From Fistulifera solaris (taxonomy: Eukaryota), in assembly GCA_030295235.1 (NCBI GenBank), contig AP026152.1:310001-374000 (forward strand): a stretch of DNA of 64,000 nt, written 5' to 3'. Shown here piece after piece: positions 61,877 through 64,000 of the stretch. The first letter of the stretch is position 1. Each line of letters starts with the position of its first letter. Below the pieces are notes generated by a model. It saw only the letters and a list, made by a program, of their open reading frames with translations. It had not been told where the DNA came from and ran no database searches. A program made the translations under genes and the position numbers.

Positions 61877-64000
61877 CTACAAATTCCACCGCGCGACCAT
61901 GTTTTTGATGGCCTCGCCTTTCACGAGCAGTCTACCGTAATTGCTGCTATCGACTTCTGAAGTAAGGCCATACTCTCGCAAAGAACTTGTTCTGCGGCAT
62001 CCCGCAAAACTGGTTGCTCGTCGCCACTTCGAAGACCTTTCCCAACAACAATTACGAGATCATGGAACTCGTCGGTTGGCGATTTACTGCGCAATTGCTC
62101 CAGATGGTTGCGTACAGCTGCGCGGGCCATTGCAGCAGAAAAGCTGTGCAGATCCATAGCCCGCATGTAATTGCCTTTTTCATCTCTTGTATTCCGCCAT
62201 GGTTTGACTACGTCCTTTCGCATAGCATCTCTAAAAATGCTGAGAGCCATATCCTTCTGCCCTGCATTTTCTAGCGCAAGAATAAGGCTACCATAGGTCA
62301 CTACGTTGGGTGATAGGCCCCTTCCACTCATCTGCTTCATTCGCTCGAATAGATCTAGGGCTTCGACCCATGCATTGCCTTTTTCGCAAGCTGCGAGAGC
62401 AGCATTGAAACAATACAGATTGAGACTGTCGTCGTGGGAGTCTTGTATCGCCGTTTGAAGAATACTAAGGGCTCTCTGCCATTTCCCGGCAGCCTCACAG
62501 GCACTTATAGCTGAAGAATAAGTGGGCATATCTGGCTTAAAGCCATCCTCTTTCATACGCCGGAGAAGTGACAAGGCGCACTCCCACCACTGAAACTCCT
62601 GATTCTCATTATAGCTCCCAGTACTTCCGGACTTCACTGCAACCCTTCGGGCTTCATGTTCCGCCTGATTACAAGCAATCATAGCTTTTCTGTAAGATAG
62701 TAAATCAGGCTGGTACATGTCGTTCAATACCTCTAGGGCGATGTCTGCTCTGCCATTTCTCCCACAGGCTGATATCAATGAGTTGAGTGCCACGTTCGGA
62801 GTCTTCCAATCCCCGTATAGACGAAAGAGGACGAGCGCCTCTTCCCACTTGTTTGCTTTAGCGCAGGCGATCATGGCATATCCCAACGATACGGGATCGA
62901 TGTAAGATGGTGCCTGTCCCACCACGGTATCACTGGAATGAATGATCGCCACGGCTTCTGACCAATAGTCGGGGTTTACACTGAGGGCGCAAGTAATAGC
63001 TCGCACGCAACCCACATCGCACGGGATCTGAATTTTGTGAAAAATATGCAGCGCATCGTCGACCCGCCCGAGTTTTGCGTACGTCTCTATAGCGAGAATA
63101 AGAATAGGGCCAAGTGTCTGCGAATCGAGCTCGTCTCCATGAGAAGCGTTAATAACCTTTTCGATGCTTTGTAATCGAGTATCTGCCTCATCGATTTTGC
63201 GCAAAGTTGATGCCAGTAAGGCCGACGTCGGACGACTTGTCTCGAAACCGTCGCTCAGGGCTGAGAAATACAAGTCCAAAGCAGAGTCAGCATCGCCTTT
63301 GCGCGCATACGCTGTTATAAGGCCGTTATAGGTGACTAAGCTCGGGGCGATATTCTTTTCTTTCATTTCTCGAAACAGCTTTGTAGCACATCGAACATTT
63401 TCCGCCTCAGCAGAAACCCATATCGCTGCCGTGTACATTTGCAGGTCCGGTGAAACACCATTGTCTCGTGCATGTTTCACAAAATAAAGAGCACTATCGA
63501 CGTCTTTGGATTTTCTACAAACCGAAATGGCCCGAGTGTAGGAGACTTTGCTTGGTGGAATAGCTCCTTTGCGATGCCTTCGAGATAGGTTCATTTCGCG
63601 GATTAACTTTTTGCTTCATCGGCATCTGGACAGGCTGCGAGAAGTATGTTGTAGCACGTTTCATCCAAAGCCACGTTAGGCCCGAAACATCCGTTCCGAA
63701 TATCATCGAAAAGAGAGAGCGCTGTTTGATACGGTTCGTTCTCTACACATGCTCGTAAAACAGCACGAATACAAATCATATCCGGTAAATCAACAAATAT
63801 TCCTCCGAAAGATGCCGTCGGAGAGGATTTGGGGGAGTTGGCCATGTAATGAAGAAAATCAATCGCGGTTTCGATCCTGCCATTCCTAGCGAGAGCATTC
63901 AAATAGCTTGTACAGTGAAGAGCATTGAGCATCACATCTTGATCGCTCATGTCCTTCATGATTTTCAGTGCCTCTTCGTCGTTTGCTGCGGACGCACACA
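61877..64000 (-). CDS. PPR-SMR protein (5' end outside window)
   Basis: PPR repeats (PSLVTYNGLITAYARKG, PDMPTYSSAISACEAAG); SMR motifs MDLHSFS...IVVGKGLRS; NYGRLLV after correcting a frameshift at ~61980. Confidence 0.92.

Noticed and set aside
2362..62905. Many antisense or alternative-frame ORFs in the track (e.g. 2362..2967, 9731..10423, 41940..42440)
   Set aside because: Shadows of real genes or frameshift fragments with no independent protein signal

Overview
Gene-dense eukaryotic DNA with short GT-AG introns (mostly 55-75 nt), short intergenic regions and several signal-peptide plus F/Y (ASAF-type) plastid-targeting N-termini. This fits a pennate diatom (Phaeodactylum/Fistulifera-like; inferred, not proven). 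About 31 protein genes can be reconstructed. Most long ones are broken by single-base indels, mainly in homopolymer runs and even in RPL21, which points to unpolished long-read errors. Recognisable genes include PI4KIII-beta, PP2A-A, myosin, a dual-specificity phosphatase, ATG1, an UNC-93-like transporter, GST, EXO1-like, RPL21, RMT2, two GRAM-VASt lipid-transfer proteins, a 2OG-Fe(II) oxygenase, a DEDDy exonuclease, an M3 peptidase, an SGNH protein and a PPR-SMR protein. Main finds: (1) two paralogous large MLO-family membrane proteins, each apparently fused to a voltage-sensor-like 4-TM module and a PH-like domain; (2) a young 793-bp MITE with 171-bp TIRs and a TA target-site duplication; (3) a tail-to-tail pair of KIX-like/CxxC paralogues sharing an intron position; (4) a lectin-like + chalcone-isomerase-fold + TM chimera; (5) a candidate intronic box C/D snoRNA; (6) a decayed duplicate repeat behind a plastid-targeted repeat protein. 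I saw no tRNA, rRNA or CRISPR array. All domain calls come from motif recognition by eye, not database searches.
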